DNA from: an uncultured Gemmatimonadales bacterium
GTDB taxonomy: Bacteria; Gemmatimonadota; Gemmatimonadetes; Longimicrobiales; RSA9
Reading direction: 5' to 3'
DNA length: 64,000 nt
Assembly (NCBI GenBank): GCA_963741945.1
Contig: CAVUKA010000001.1
Coordinates: 64,001 to 128,000, forward strand
A program made the position numbers and the translations under genes. Below, piece by piece: positions 28,980 to 38,484 of this stretch (position 1 is its first letter; each line of letters opens with the position of its first letter). Below the pieces are notes generated by a model that was given only the letters and a program-made list of their open reading frames with translations, was not told the DNA's origin and did not search any database.

Positions 28980-30149
28980 GTGACGTCCCGATCGCACGAA
29001 GCGACGGCGCGCCGGCGGGCGGAAGCCGCCTTCCACCAGGCGCACGGACAGCCGCCGGAGCTCCTGGTCCGGGCGCCCGGTCGGGTCAACGTCATTGGCG
29101 AGCACACGGACTACAACGAGGGGTTCGTCCTCCCGGCGGCCATCGATCGCGAGCTGTGGATCGCGCTCCGTGGCCGCCCGGACGCGCGAGTCGGGATCCG
29201 CTCGGTGGAGCTCGGTGCCGGGGGGACGTTCGATCTGACCCGGGTCGACCGCGGGGGCGGTGCAGACTGGATCGAGTACGTGAAAGGGGCGGCCTGGGTG
29301 CTGCAGGACGGTGGCCGCCGCCTGCGCGGCTGGGACGGCGTGGTGGCGAGCGACGTGCCGGTGGGCGCGGGGCTGTCGTCGTCCGCTGCGCTGGAGATGG
29401 CCGTGCTGTGCGCGTTCTCCGAAGTGTCCGCGCTGCCGTGGGCGGAGGCGGAAGCAGCGTCGCTCGGGAAGCGCGTGGAGAACGAGTGGATCGGCGTGTG
29501 GTCGGGGATCATGGACCAGCTGGCTGTGGCGGCCGGGCGTCGCGACCATGCTCTTCTCATCGACTGCAGGTCGCTCGAGGTCGAGCCCGTCGGGCTCCCG
29601 CCCGGCGTCTGCCTCGTGGTGCTGGACACCGGGACCCGGCGGGGCCTCGTGGGGTCGGCGTACAACGAGCGCCGTCAGCAATGCGACGAGGCCGCCCGTC
29701 AGCTCGGCGTTCCCGCCCTGCGCGATGCCGCCCCCCCGCTCCTCGAGGCGAGGCGGGGCGCACTCGACCCGGTGGTGCACCGGCGCGCCCGTCACGTGGT
29801 CACCGAGAACGCGCGCACGCTCGAGGCCGCCGCAGCGCTGCGCGCTGGCGACGTCGCCCGCCTGGGCGCGCTCATGGATGCCAGCCATGCCAGCCTCCGC
29901 GACGATTTCGAAGTGAGCACGGACGCACTCGACACCATGGTCGAGCTCGCGGGCGCGCAGGATGGCTGCCTCGGCGCGCGGATGACGGGCGCGGGATTCG
30001 GCGGGTGCGCCATCGCGCTGGTCGAGAAGGATCTCGCGGGGGTGCTCACCGCCGAGGTGTCGCGTGGTTACCGGGACGCAACCGCGCTGCAGCCCACCGC
30101 TTACGTCTGCCGCGCCGCCGACGGCGTATCCGTGGAGCGGCGGAGATGA
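28980..30149 (+). CDS. galK: Galactokinase
   Basis: APGRVNVIGEHTDYNEG, PVGAGLSSSAA, GIMDQ, GARMTGAGFGGC. Confidence 0.96.
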   Translation: MTSRSHEATARRRAEAAFHQAHGQPPELLVRAPGRVNVIGEHTDYNEGFVLPAAIDRELWIALRGRPDARVGIRSVELGAGGTFDLTRVDRGGGADWIEYVKGAAWVLQDGGRRLRGWDGVVASDVPVGAGLSSSAALEMAVLCAFSEVSALPWAEAEAASLGKRVENEWIGVWSGIMDQLAVAAGRRDHALLIDCRSLEVEPVGLPPGVCLVVLDTGTRRGLVGSAYNERRQQCDEAARQLGVPALRDAAPPLLEARRGALDPVVHRRARHVVTENARTLEAAAALRAGDVARLGALMDASHASLRDDFEVSTDALDTMVELAGAQDGCLGARMTGAGFGGCAIALVEKDLAGVLTAEVSRGYRDATALQPTAYVCRAADGVSVERRR

Positions 30150-30171
30150 CGCCACGCCGGCCCTGACACGG

Positions 30172-30723
30172 TCATTGCGTGAAGGCGTCCGAGAACTCGC
30201 TCCGGTCCCCGAATTCGTTCCGCGCGTCTTCGACGAGCGCCTTCAGATAGGGCCGGCCCTCTTCGCTCACGGCTCCCTCATCCAGCGCCCGGAGCGCCGC
30301 ACGGCAGCTCCGCGCGAGGTTCTCCAGTGCTTCACGCAGCGCATTGCGCCGGCGCCGGACGACGCTGTAGGCGTGCACCACCAGCGCAATGCCGGCGGCC
30401 AGGGCCACGCCGAGCCCGATCCAGATCATCAGCCCCGCCTGGCCGGGCGCAACGAATCGGAATCCGACGACGAGCAGGGCCACCACCGCGGAGCCGATCA
30501 CGCGACTCCACAGCTGGCGAAGACTGTCGCCGTACTCTTTCACCGCGGTCTCCGCATCGGTCGTGCGAATCACCACGGCGTCCACTGCCCGGTCGTCCAC
30601 GCCGGCGCTCGTCCTTTCGTGCTCGCTCGCGCCAACCCTGCCGGTACGGCTCACGCGACGGTGATCTCCCGGGCCTGGTACACCTCCCGGATCGGGGTCA
30701 GGAGCCGGATCCCCACGGGCCAC
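30172..30723 (-). CDS. Hypothetical membrane protein (2 TM)
   Basis: Two hydrophobic segments followed by a charged helix; start uncertain. Confidence 0.5.
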   Translation of the reverse strand: MARGDPAPDPDPGGVPGPGDHRRVSRTGRVGASEHERTSAGVDDRAVDAVVIRTTDAETAVKEYGDSLRQLWSRVIGSAVVALLVVGFRFVAPGQAGLMIWIGLGVALAAGIALVVHAYSVVRRRRNALREALENLARSCRAALRALDEGAVSEEGRPYLKALVEDARNEFGDRSEFSDAFTQ

Positions 30724-30783
30724 AGGGAGTCCCGAAGGCTGCAGAATGCGTTCCGCGCAGGAGCGAGCTGCGCGGGTGCCGGG

Positions 30784-32163
30784 CTACTCGCCGCCTGCCG
30801 CCACGGCCGGAGCGGCGGCTGTGGCCGGGACCTGCGGATCGACTTCGATCGTGCGGTCGAGCAGGTCCCGCACCTTTCTGAGGAAAGGCTTCATCTCCAG
30901 CGGCTTGCCCAGGAACGCCTTGGGCTCGCCAGGGACCGAGGACCAGGGGATCTCGCTGCGGTCGTACCCCGAGATGTAGAGCGCGGGGATGGAGCCCCGG
31001 CTCCTTTCGATCATCTCCACCAGGGCGAACCCGTTCATCCCGGGCATGACCAGGTCCACCACCACCAGGTCCACGCCGCCCAGGTGCTCGCGCGCCAGCC
31101 GCTCCGCCTGCTCGGGGGTGCTGGCGGAGAGCGCGCGGTAGCCGGCGCGGCGAAGCATCGGGACGAGGACGCGCAGAACGCCCGCGTCGTCGTCCACCAC
31201 CAGGACCGTCTCCCCCGCCCCGAATCCGGCCTCCTTCGCAGCCCGGCGCGGGTGCCGACCGCCGTTCCGATCCACCGCGGGGCCGGTGTCGGCGCGCTCC
31301 AGCACCAGCGTGCGGTCTCCACCCCGGGTCTTCGCCCGGTACAGCGCCTCCTCGGCCTTGGCCAGGAGCACGTCGGGATGCGTCATCCCGGATTCGTACT
31401 CCGCCAGGCCCGCGCTCGCCGAGATGGGGCCCCAGGGCGCGTCGGCTTTCCGCAGGCGATCGAGGACCCGCTCCGCGAACACCTCCGCGCCCTTCATGTC
31501 GATGCTGTCGAGGATCGAGACGAACGTTCCGCCATCCAGCCGCGCGGACAGGTGCATCTCCCGCGTCAGCTCCGAGAGCGTGCGGACGAACGCCCGGAGC
31601 GCGTCGTCGCCGGCGCCCCGACCCCAGCGATCGTTGACCTGACCGAGGTTATCGAGGTTGAACAGCACCAGGGTCAGGGGCGCTCCCCGCTCCGCCGCCG
31701 CGAACGCCCGGTCCAGGTGCAGCATGGCGAAGCGGAGGTTCGGCAGCCCCGTGGCCGCATCGGTCAGCGCCATCTGCTCCGTTTCCCTGAGCTTCCCCTT
31801 CAGGACTGCGGCCAGTATCCCGGCGCCCAGCGACACCGCGATGAGCGAAACGGTGACGCCGAAGAGCACCACCACCGGTGGCGGCGGGGCGTCCCGCTGG
31901 ATGACCACCACCTGCGCCAGCGCGTACGCGGCCATGGCCCCGGCGAGGGCGGTGGAAGCCCCTTTCCAGCCGCAATGATAGGAGAGCAGGAATGGCGGCA
32001 CGAGCGCCAGCAGCCAGAGGAGCAGCCCGGCTTCGCGGCTGGTCCACTCCGGCAGGAAGTAAGTCCCGATCACCGGCACGGCCAGCGCCATGAGTGAAAG
32101 GAGCAGCGCCTGCGGCGGCGCCCCCACCCGGCTTCGCTTCGATACGTGAGCCGTTTGCGGCAT
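30784..32163 (-). CDS. Membrane protein with degenerate GGDEF domain and C-terminal receiver domain
   Basis: About 4 TM; TDAATGLPN, NLDNLGQVND, ARLDGGTF, ALYRAK; REC VLVVDDD/VVDLVMPGMNG/FLGKP. Confidence 0.85.
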   Translation of the reverse strand: MPQTAHVSKRSRVGAPPQALLLSLMALAVPVIGTYFLPEWTSREAGLLLWLLALVPPFLLSYHCGWKGASTALAGAMAAYALAQVVVIQRDAPPPPVVVLFGVTVSLIAVSLGAGILAAVLKGKLRETEQMALTDAATGLPNLRFAMLHLDRAFAAAERGAPLTLVLFNLDNLGQVNDRWGRGAGDDALRAFVRTLSELTREMHLSARLDGGTFVSILDSIDMKGAEVFAERVLDRLRKADAPWGPISASAGLAEYESGMTHPDVLLAKAEEALYRAKTRGGDRTLVLERADTGPAVDRNGGRHPRRAAKEAGFGAGETVLVVDDDAGVLRVLVPMLRRAGYRALSASTPEQAERLAREHLGGVDLVVVDLVMPGMNGFALVEMIERSRGSIPALYISGYDRSEIPWSSVPGEPKAFLGKPLEMKPFLRKVRDLLDRTIEVDPQVPATAAAPAVAAGGE

Positions 32164-32316
32164 GCCTGTCTCCTGACTCGGAAGAATGCAGGAACGGTCG
32201 GCCTACAGGGGCCTCGGGCCAAGTATCGGCACCGGCCGTCAGGAACTTGAGGTGGGGTTCGGCGTCGTTCATGATGCGACCCGATCGGCCGGGCCGCCAG
32301 CATCCAGCCGGTCGGG

Positions 32317-33963
32317 CTACGGATCGAGCAGGCGAGAAAGATCGCCGGTGGCCAGCGCGGGGTGATCGCTACACTCGCCCTTCCAGCCGTCGAACAGCCA
32401 CAGCCGTTCGCGACGGACGACGTCCGGGCCCCGCCGAAGCGCGACCCGAGCACCGGGAGTCACCGAAGCGAAGCACTGGCGGAGCTCGTCCACGACGGAC
32501 GGGGGCGCCGCCCCGTCGGGAGCCGCCAGGATCAGAGCGTCATCCCGGCTGGCGAGCTGGGGGAAGCCCGGGCCGACCGAGTACTCACTCGGACGCCAGC
32601 TCCCGATGGCAAAGGTCCGGGGATGACCGCGGACGTTGAACGCAAGCTGGGCCGCCGTCTGATAACGCGTCCCGGCGAGCCAGACCCGGGACAATGGGCG
32701 CTCCGCCGTGAGGCTCGCCGCGGTCGAGTCCACCGCCCGCGCCATGGCGTCCCAGCCGGCGGCCCGGGCAATCGGGTCACGGGACCCGTGCAGCGGCAGG
32801 ATCGGGGCGATGGCCTGGCCGAACACCACGGCCGTGAGCGCTGCCGCGAGCGCGAGGCCAGCGCGCAGCCAGCCGCGGCCGCGTCGCCGCCACAGGGTCA
32901 CGGCGATCAGCGGGATCAGCGCGGGATACGCCACGGCGGGCCAGTTCGCTTCCACGCGCTTGGAGATGGCCGAATAGGCGAAGAAGACGAACGGCGCCAG
33001 CGCCGCCACGGCCAGGATCCGGCGCTCGGGACGTGCGCCCGGCCGGAGCGCCACGGCCACCGCGACCACTCCGAGCACGAAGAGGATGGGAGAGAAGAGC
33101 CCCACCTGGCCTCCGAGCAGCTCCAGCTCGCGGCCGACCACGTCCACCAGTGTCCCGGGCTCCGAGCCGAGCCCATGCCTCAGCTGGAAGAGGAAGGAGA
33201 GCCACCCGTGCTCGGCGTTCCACGCGATCACGGGGGCGAAGATCAGCAGCGCCACCAGCGATGCGAGCCAGGGCCCCGGCTCCCGCAGGCGCACGCGCAG
33301 GTCGGCCCACGCCACGAAGGCCACCAGCACGGCCGCGGGGAGCAGCACGGCCGTGTACTTGGAATCGAACGCGCACCCCAGCGCCGCTCCGGCCGCCAGC
33401 CACCACCCGGTGGAGCGGGCCGACCCCGCCGGATGTGAAATGGCGCGCATGACGGCGTACAGCGCGAGCGCCTCGAAGGCGAGGAGCGGGGCGTCCGGCG
33501 TCGCCAGTGTGAATCCGGCGGCGGAGAGCGGGACCACCGAGGCGATCACCGCAGCGACCAGCCCGGCCGTCCCTCCGGCCAGGCGCCGGGCCACGCCCGC
33601 CACCGCAAGCGCCGCCACCGCCCCGAGCACGATCGCGCCCAGGCGAACACCGAGCGGGGTGGGACCCAGGATGGCGGTGCCCGCCCGGATCGCCAGCGCG
33701 ATCCCGGGTGGATGGTCGAAGTACCCCGCAGCCAGGTGCCGCGACCAGTCCCAGTAGTAGGCCTCGTCCGGAAACAGCGGCACCCGGACGGCCACGGCCG
33801 TCCGGATCAGTGCGGAGACGAGAACCACCCCGGCCGTCGCTGCCACCGTGCCATCGACGCGGGCCACCGCCGCTCCGCCCGCGCTCCCGGACCGCGAGCG
33901 CTCCGCACCCCTCCCAGGCCTGCTGGCCGGCCTGCTGACCGAACCACCCCACCCCGCGCTCAC
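32317..33963 (-). CDS. GT-C glycosyltransferase (ArnT/PMT, GT39/83-like)
   Basis: DEAYYWDWSRHLAAGYFDHPPG, TPDAP, SKYT, WNAEHGWLSF.FQ, EANW; GTG start overlaps the gtrA stop. Confidence 0.9.
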   Translation of the reverse strand: MSAGWGGSVSRPASRPGRGAERSRSGSAGGAAVARVDGTVAATAGVVLVSALIRTAVAVRVPLFPDEAYYWDWSRHLAAGYFDHPPGIALAIRAGTAILGPTPLGVRLGAIVLGAVAALAVAGVARRLAGGTAGLVAAVIASVVPLSAAGFTLATPDAPLLAFEALALYAVMRAISHPAGSARSTGWWLAAGAALGCAFDSKYTAVLLPAAVLVAFVAWADLRVRLREPGPWLASLVALLIFAPVIAWNAEHGWLSFLFQLRHGLGSEPGTLVDVVGRELELLGGQVGLFSPILFVLGVVAVAVALRPGARPERRILAVAALAPFVFFAYSAISKRVEANWPAVAYPALIPLIAVTLWRRRGRGWLRAGLALAAALTAVVFGQAIAPILPLHGSRDPIARAAGWDAMARAVDSTAASLTAERPLSRVWLAGTRYQTAAQLAFNVRGHPRTFAIGSWRPSEYSVGPGFPQLASRDDALILAAPDGAAPPSVVDELRQCFASVTPGARVALRRGPDVVRRERLWLFDGWKGECSDHPALATGDLSRLLDP

Positions 33964-34349
33964 CCACCACCTCCGGTGCCTTGCCCCGGCCGCGCCCAGG
34001 TGAACGCCCGGTTCAGAAGGAAGTTCGCCACGAACATCGTCGCGATCGCCACCAGGTTCCACACCAGCAAATGCGTCTTCCCGAGTGCCCGTACCAGGAT
34101 CCACAGGATCGTCACCGTGCCGCCGATGGTGGTCAGGCTGATGGCCTGGAACTTCGCGAACCGCGTGATCCGGCGCCCCTCGCCTTCGCCCGCGAACGTG
34201 ATCAGCTCGTGGCCGAAGAAATTGTGGATGATCGCCGTTTCCGTGGCCACCACCGCCGCCACAAGATAGTACAGTCCAAGGACGCTGTGGCCCAGCCACA
34301 ACACGGCCGTGTTCACACCCACTCCCACCGTTCCCACCACCCCGAACAT
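33960..34349 (-). CDS. GtrA-family flippase-like protein (true start probably further upstream)
   Basis: RFGMFGVVGTVGVGVN, A.ETAIIHNF, NFLLNRAFTW. Confidence 0.85.
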   Translation of the reverse strand: MFGVVGTVGVGVNTAVLWLGHSVLGLYYLVAAVVATETAIIHNFFGHELITFAGEGEGRRITRFAKFQAISLTTIGGTVTILWILVRALGKTHLLVWNLVAIATMFVANFLLNRAFTWARPGQGTGGGG

Positions 34350-34597
34350 GCCGAAACGGGCCAGCCGCTGCGCGCGTCGCGGCAGCCCACCCAGCAGCTC
34401 ACCCGGCAGCCGGCCCGAGTCGCCCCGGGCGCCGGCCCGAGTCGCCCCCCGGCTTCACCATCCGGCGGCTCTCCACCCCGCGTCGAGGTGCTCCGGCATT
34501 TCTTTCTCCGCTTCCGTGCTCGATCCGGGTAGCACCGCCCGGCGAGGGCAGACGCGTACCCCCCTCGCCCGGAACGGCTATCGAAGCGGGATCGCTG

Positions 34598-34613
34598 TGC
34601 AAGGACCGCTCCC
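34598..34613 (-). promoter_or_regulatory. Possible sigma54 promoter for gtrA-GT
   Basis: Minus strand gGGagcggtccTTGCA = GG-N10-GC. Confidence 0.3.
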
Positions 34614-34790
34614 GAACCCGTCGACGGGGCGGGCAGATTCGGAGGCGACGGCCGGCGGGCCCGGCCCCCCGCCCCTCATTGACCCCGCGGCTATCTTGCC
34701 CGCAGGCGCCCCGCGCTGTGGCCGGCTCGGCATTGCGGCGGGCGGGGAGTCTCGATCATCGGTGTGAACGCACGACGAGGCAGGACGGCC

Positions 34791-35021
34791 ATGATCAGGC
34801 GGGACATGCTGGTAGAAGACCTCATGAACGAGCTGCCCGAAGCAGTGGCGTACCTGATCGGCAAGGGCATTCAGCCCATTGCCTGCGGTGAGCCGATCTG
34901 GGGGACGCTCGAAGAAGCGGCCAGGCTCCAGGGCTACGATGACGCCCGGATCGATACCATGGTGGAGGAGCTCCGCGCGATCCAGCGCGAAGCGCGCCCG
35001 GAGAGCGCCGCCGGACCCTGA
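34791..35021 (+). CDS. DUF1858-like small protein
   Basis: MIRRDMLVEDLMNELPEAVAYL..GIQPIACGEPIWGTLEEAA; RBS AGGA. Confidence 0.75.
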   Translation: MIRRDMLVEDLMNELPEAVAYLIGKGIQPIACGEPIWGTLEEAARLQGYDDARIDTMVEELRAIQREARPESAAGP

Positions 35022-35088
35022 CCCGAACCCGGCGCACGGGACCGGATGCGTGACCTGGCGCGCTCATCGCCGCGGGTCCGCAGACACC

Positions 35089-35529
35089 TCAGCTCGCGGG
35101 CGGGGCCCGCGGTCGCGCCAGCACCGGCGCCTGCCCCCGCACCGGCAGACGCTCCACCATCGTACCCACGCGAACGCCCGACCCCGGCGCCCCGCACGCT
35201 TCCAACCCGGCCCCCCCGCCGCCGCCATGGGACCGCCAGTTCCGCCGCCCGCCCACCGCCGGACCGCTGCCCGCCCCGGTGCCGTTGAGCGCCGACAGCT
35301 CCCCCTTCAGACTCTGCTTCAATCGCTCCAGCGGCACACCTCGCCATTCCGGGCCACGCCTCAGACGCAGGATGCGCCCACGGCTCCGCACCACCATCCG
35401 GAGCCCGTCTTCGCTCCCTTCCACCTCCTGAAAGCGGACCCCGATCCGCCGAATCGCCGGATCCCACCGCAACGTCTCGCGCAACAGGTTCGCCCGGCTC
35501 TGCGGATGATGGATGATCGCCCTGGCCAT
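35089..35529 (-). CDS. Hypothetical basic protein divergent from the LysR gene
   Basis: AGGAG RBS then MARAIIHHPQ...IRRIGVRFQEVEG; low-complexity tail. Confidence 0.5.
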   Translation of the reverse strand: MARAIIHHPQSRANLLRETLRWDPAIRRIGVRFQEVEGSEDGLRMVVRSRGRILRLRRGPEWRGVPLERLKQSLKGELSALNGTGAGSGPAVGGRRNWRSHGGGGGAGLEACGAPGSGVRVGTMVERLPVRGQAPVLARPRAPPAS

Positions 35530-35673
35530 GCCGCTCCTCCTCTCGCTCGGGTTCCGCACGCGCGCCCCCGGCGCGCCGCCGCCGCCCCGGACGGCCGACA
35601 GCCGCCAGGGTCTGCCCTCTGGAACGTCGCAGGGCGGGAGGGTTTTGTGAAATATATCTTTCGTCTTGTTTCC

Positions 35674-35688
35674 ATAGGTGCTACCTAT
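35674..35688. promoter_or_regulatory. LysR-type recognition palindrome (T-N11-A)
   Basis: ATAGGT-gct-ACCTAT in an AT-rich divergent intergenic region. Confidence 0.7.
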
Positions 35689-35742
35689 TGTGTGAGGCAC
35701 CCGGGCAGGACGGAGCGGATCGACAGCGACGGAGGGCGGGCC

Positions 35743-36666
35743 ATGCCCCTGAACTATCGACGGCTGCACTATTTCCGGACGGTGGCGCACGAGGGAGGGG
35801 TGACGGCGGCGGCGGCGGCGCTGCACGTGAGCCAGCCATCGATCAGCGTTCAGATCCAGAAGCTGGAGAAAGCGCTGGGGCACAAGCTGTTCGACCGGAG
35901 CGGGCGGTCGATGGAGCTGACGCCGGAGGGGAAGGTGGTGCTGGAATACGCGGACGAGATCTTCCGTCTGATGCGGGAGCTGGAGGAGACGGTTCGGGGG
36001 CGGGTGGGCGGACGTCCTCTGCGGCTGGTGGTGGGGCTGTCGGCGACGGTGCCGAACCTGGTGGCGTTCCATCTTCTGAATCCGGCGTTCACCCTGGAGT
36101 CGCCTGTCCGGCTGGTGCTCCGTGAGAAGGCGACGGACCGTCTGATGGCGGAGCTATCGACGCACGAGGTGGACCTGGTGCTGGCGGACATGCCGATCCC
36201 GCAGAACGTGAGCGTTCAGGCGTTCAATCATCCGCTGGGGTCGAGTCCGATCGACATCTTCGGGCCGCCGCTGCTTGCACACCTTGCCCGTGACGACTTC
36301 CCCCACAGCCTGGACGGGCAGCCGTTCCTTCTTCCGGCGGAGGGGTACGCGCTGCGCCGATCGATCGACGACTGGTTCGCGCGGAACGCGATCCAGCCGC
36401 GCGTGGTGGCGGAAGTGGAGGACATCGACCTCATCAACGTGCTGGCGGAAGCGGGCGCCGGGATGTTCGCGGCGCCATCGACCATCGCCGACGACCTGCG
36501 CGTGCGCTTCGCGGTGGAGCGGATCGGGCGTGCGGAGGGGATCCGCCAGCAGTTCTTCGCCATCACCGTGGACCGCCGCCTGAAGCACCCCGCGGTAGTG
36601 GCCATCACGGAGGCGGCCCGGCGCGAGCTCTCCACGGCCATGGCGGACGAGGGGGTCGGCGCATAG
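35743..36666 (+). CDS. nhaR: LysR-family regulator, NhaR-like
   Basis: LNYRRLHYFRTVAHEGGV..AA..LHVSQPSIS, VLEYADEIF, LSTHEVDLVLAD, FNHPLG, RRLKHPAVVAI. Confidence 0.85.
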   Translation: MPLNYRRLHYFRTVAHEGGVTAAAAALHVSQPSISVQIQKLEKALGHKLFDRSGRSMELTPEGKVVLEYADEIFRLMRELEETVRGRVGGRPLRLVVGLSATVPNLVAFHLLNPAFTLESPVRLVLREKATDRLMAELSTHEVDLVLADMPIPQNVSVQAFNHPLGSSPIDIFGPPLLAHLARDDFPHSLDGQPFLLPAEGYALRRSIDDWFARNAIQPRVVAEVEDIDLINVLAEAGAGMFAAPSTIADDLRVRFAVERIGRAEGIRQQFFAITVDRRLKHPAVVAITEAARRELSTAMADEGVGA

Positions 36667-36722
36667 CGGGAGTCACCCGCGCGCCGGTCCGCACCGGGGA
36701 CGGGGACGGGGGACGGATGGGG

Positions 36723-36753
36723 GGCGGGAGCGGCTGCGCGTGCCGCTCCCGCC
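36723..36753. terminator. 12-bp hairpin between convergent genes
   Basis: ggcgggagcggc-N7-gccgctcccgcc. Confidence 0.55.
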
Positions 36754-36762
36754 GGAGGCGGA

Positions 36763-37905
36763 TCAGTCGTCGATGGTGACGAGGTGCGGGTACTTAACGA
36801 CCTGGCCGGCGCCGGGTTGGCCTAGGGCACTGATGGCAACGTAGGCGTTGCCTTCCCCGTCGAACGCGATGGCGGTCGGCAGCTGGAGCCCGGTCAGGAT
36901 CGGCTCCGAGGTATCGCCGGGTCCGATGCGGATGACGGAGCCGGAGTTGGGCGTGGGCCCCTGCTCCGTGAACGTGCCCATGGAAACGCCGTAGAGCTTC
37001 CCGTCCGGACCGGTCCTGAGATCGGAGAGCATCGAGAAGCCCGTCGCATAGTCCGCGTATTCACCGCTGGACGACACGTGGACGACCTTGCCGGATCCCG
37101 GCACGAACGGAGCGCCCGGGAGGAACGAGACGTAGGCCTCGCCGTCCATGAACGCGATTCCGGTGGGGACGGGCTCCGTCTCCATCGCGTTCCCTCGCTC
37201 CGGGTTCGGGACGGGGCCGGGCAGCGCGGCGAAGATCGCGACCAGCTGGAGCGTGTCCGCTGGGGACGCGAGCCGGAACAGGTCGTTGGCGGCTGCGTCC
37301 GCGATCCACAGCGCGCCGTCCGGGCCGACGGCGATCCCGAAGGGGTGCGCTTCGACGAGGGCCCCCGCCGGGTTGCGGCTCTCCTCGATATCCCACGTGT
37401 TGGCCACCTCGCTCGCCTGATCACCGTCGAGACGCATCAGCGCGGCGTTCTTCGTGGGGCGCGCCCCGGTTCCTCCCTGCCAGGCGCCACTGGTGAAGTA
37501 GATGCTGCCGTTCCACACGGCGAGCCGGGCGGCGCCGATCGGGGCGTCCGGCAGGATCACCGAGGGCAGATCGCTCAGGACGTCGGTCTGCTGTCCGGAG
37601 GGATCGACGCGGACGAAGCGCGCGGTGTTCCCTGCAGGCAGCTTGGTGGCCTGCCCGCTCGAATCGGGGGGACCCGCCAGGGAATCCGGACCGCCCGTGC
37701 CGCTGTCGGTGATCCAGATCGTGCCGTCGTCGGTCACGAGCACGCCCATGGGCGTGTTCAGCCCCGTGGCGACGACGGTGGGGCCGGCATCATCGGCGCT
37801 GGCGGCGCTGTTCGCCGCATCGTCGCCGCCTGCACACGCGAGGAGCGGGAACAGGGCGGCAAGGGCGAGGGGGGAGAGGCGTGCGGGGCTTCGCGGCATC
37901 GTCAT
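36763..37905 (-). CDS. ScyD/ScyE-family beta-propeller lipoprotein
   Basis: Lipobox LLAC, VVATGLNTPMG, AHPFG, ADAAANDL, EPVPTGI, G.PFVPG. Confidence 0.8.
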   Translation of the reverse strand: MTMPRSPARLSPLALAALFPLLACAGGDDAANSAASADDAGPTVVATGLNTPMGVLVTDDGTIWITDSGTGGPDSLAGPPDSSGQATKLPAGNTARFVRVDPSGQQTDVLSDLPSVILPDAPIGAARLAVWNGSIYFTSGAWQGGTGARPTKNAALMRLDGDQASEVANTWDIEESRNPAGALVEAHPFGIAVGPDGALWIADAAANDLFRLASPADTLQLVAIFAALPGPVPNPERGNAMETEPVPTGIAFMDGEAYVSFLPGAPFVPGSGKVVHVSSSGEYADYATGFSMLSDLRTGPDGKLYGVSMGTFTEQGPTPNSGSVIRIGPGDTSEPILTGLQLPTAIAFDGEGNAYVAISALGQPGAGQVVKYPHLVTIDD

Positions 37906-38483
37906 CTTCCTTCTGTTGGAGGTTGCCAGAGGAGCATCCGGACCAGTGCATCCACTTCGGAGTCGGGCAGCTGCGTGTACGCGGGCATTGAGAAGTGCGT
38001 GCGCTCGAACCCCGGAATGCGCCACGCGCCGGGATCACGAATGCTCTCGCGGACGTATCCCTCCGGCGTGGTCGCGTGGCCGGTGTACCCGGGGTCGCGG
38101 AGCCGGCGCGCTGCGTTCACGCGCAGGCTGTCGTGGTTCGGACCGAAAACCCCGGCCGTGCCCGCGAGCGTGTTGTGGTGGCATGTCCCGCAGTAGTTGG
38201 AACGGTACACGCGGATCCCCTCCGCGACGTGTTCCGGTACGGCCGGCATGGTCCATGGGGCCGCGCCCTGCGAGGCGTCGGTGGGGGCGCTCACGGCAGG
38301 CGAGCCACCCGGAGTGGAAGCCGCGCCCGTGGTCGCCCGGTCGGATTCGCTCGACCCCTGCGCTGCGGCGCGATGTTCCTGTCCGCACGCCACGAGCGGG
38401 AGCAGCCCGATGGCGAGGACGAGCGGCATGAGCGTCGCCGGGCGCGCCCACCGCCGTGGCCGGGCTCCGATGCGACGCGGCAT
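37902..38483 (-). CDS. Monoheme c-type cytochrome lipoprotein
   Basis: Lipobox LVAC, CGTCH heme motif, GP.H, YVRESIRDPGA, MP axial Met. Confidence 0.85.
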   Translation of the reverse strand: MPRRIGARPRRWARPATLMPLVLAIGLLPLVACGQEHRAAAQGSSESDRATTGAASTPGGSPAVSAPTDASQGAAPWTMPAVPEHVAEGIRVYRSNYCGTCHHNTLAGTAGVFGPNHDSLRVNAARRLRDPGYTGHATTPEGYVRESIRDPGAWRIPGFERTHFSMPAYTQLPDSEVDALVRMLLWQPPTEGR

Positions 38484-38484
38484 C

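Noticed and set aside
36763-37905. Scytonemin biosynthesis cluster
   Set aside because: No scyABC or aromatic amino acid pathway genes; ScyD/E-like propellers are widespread.
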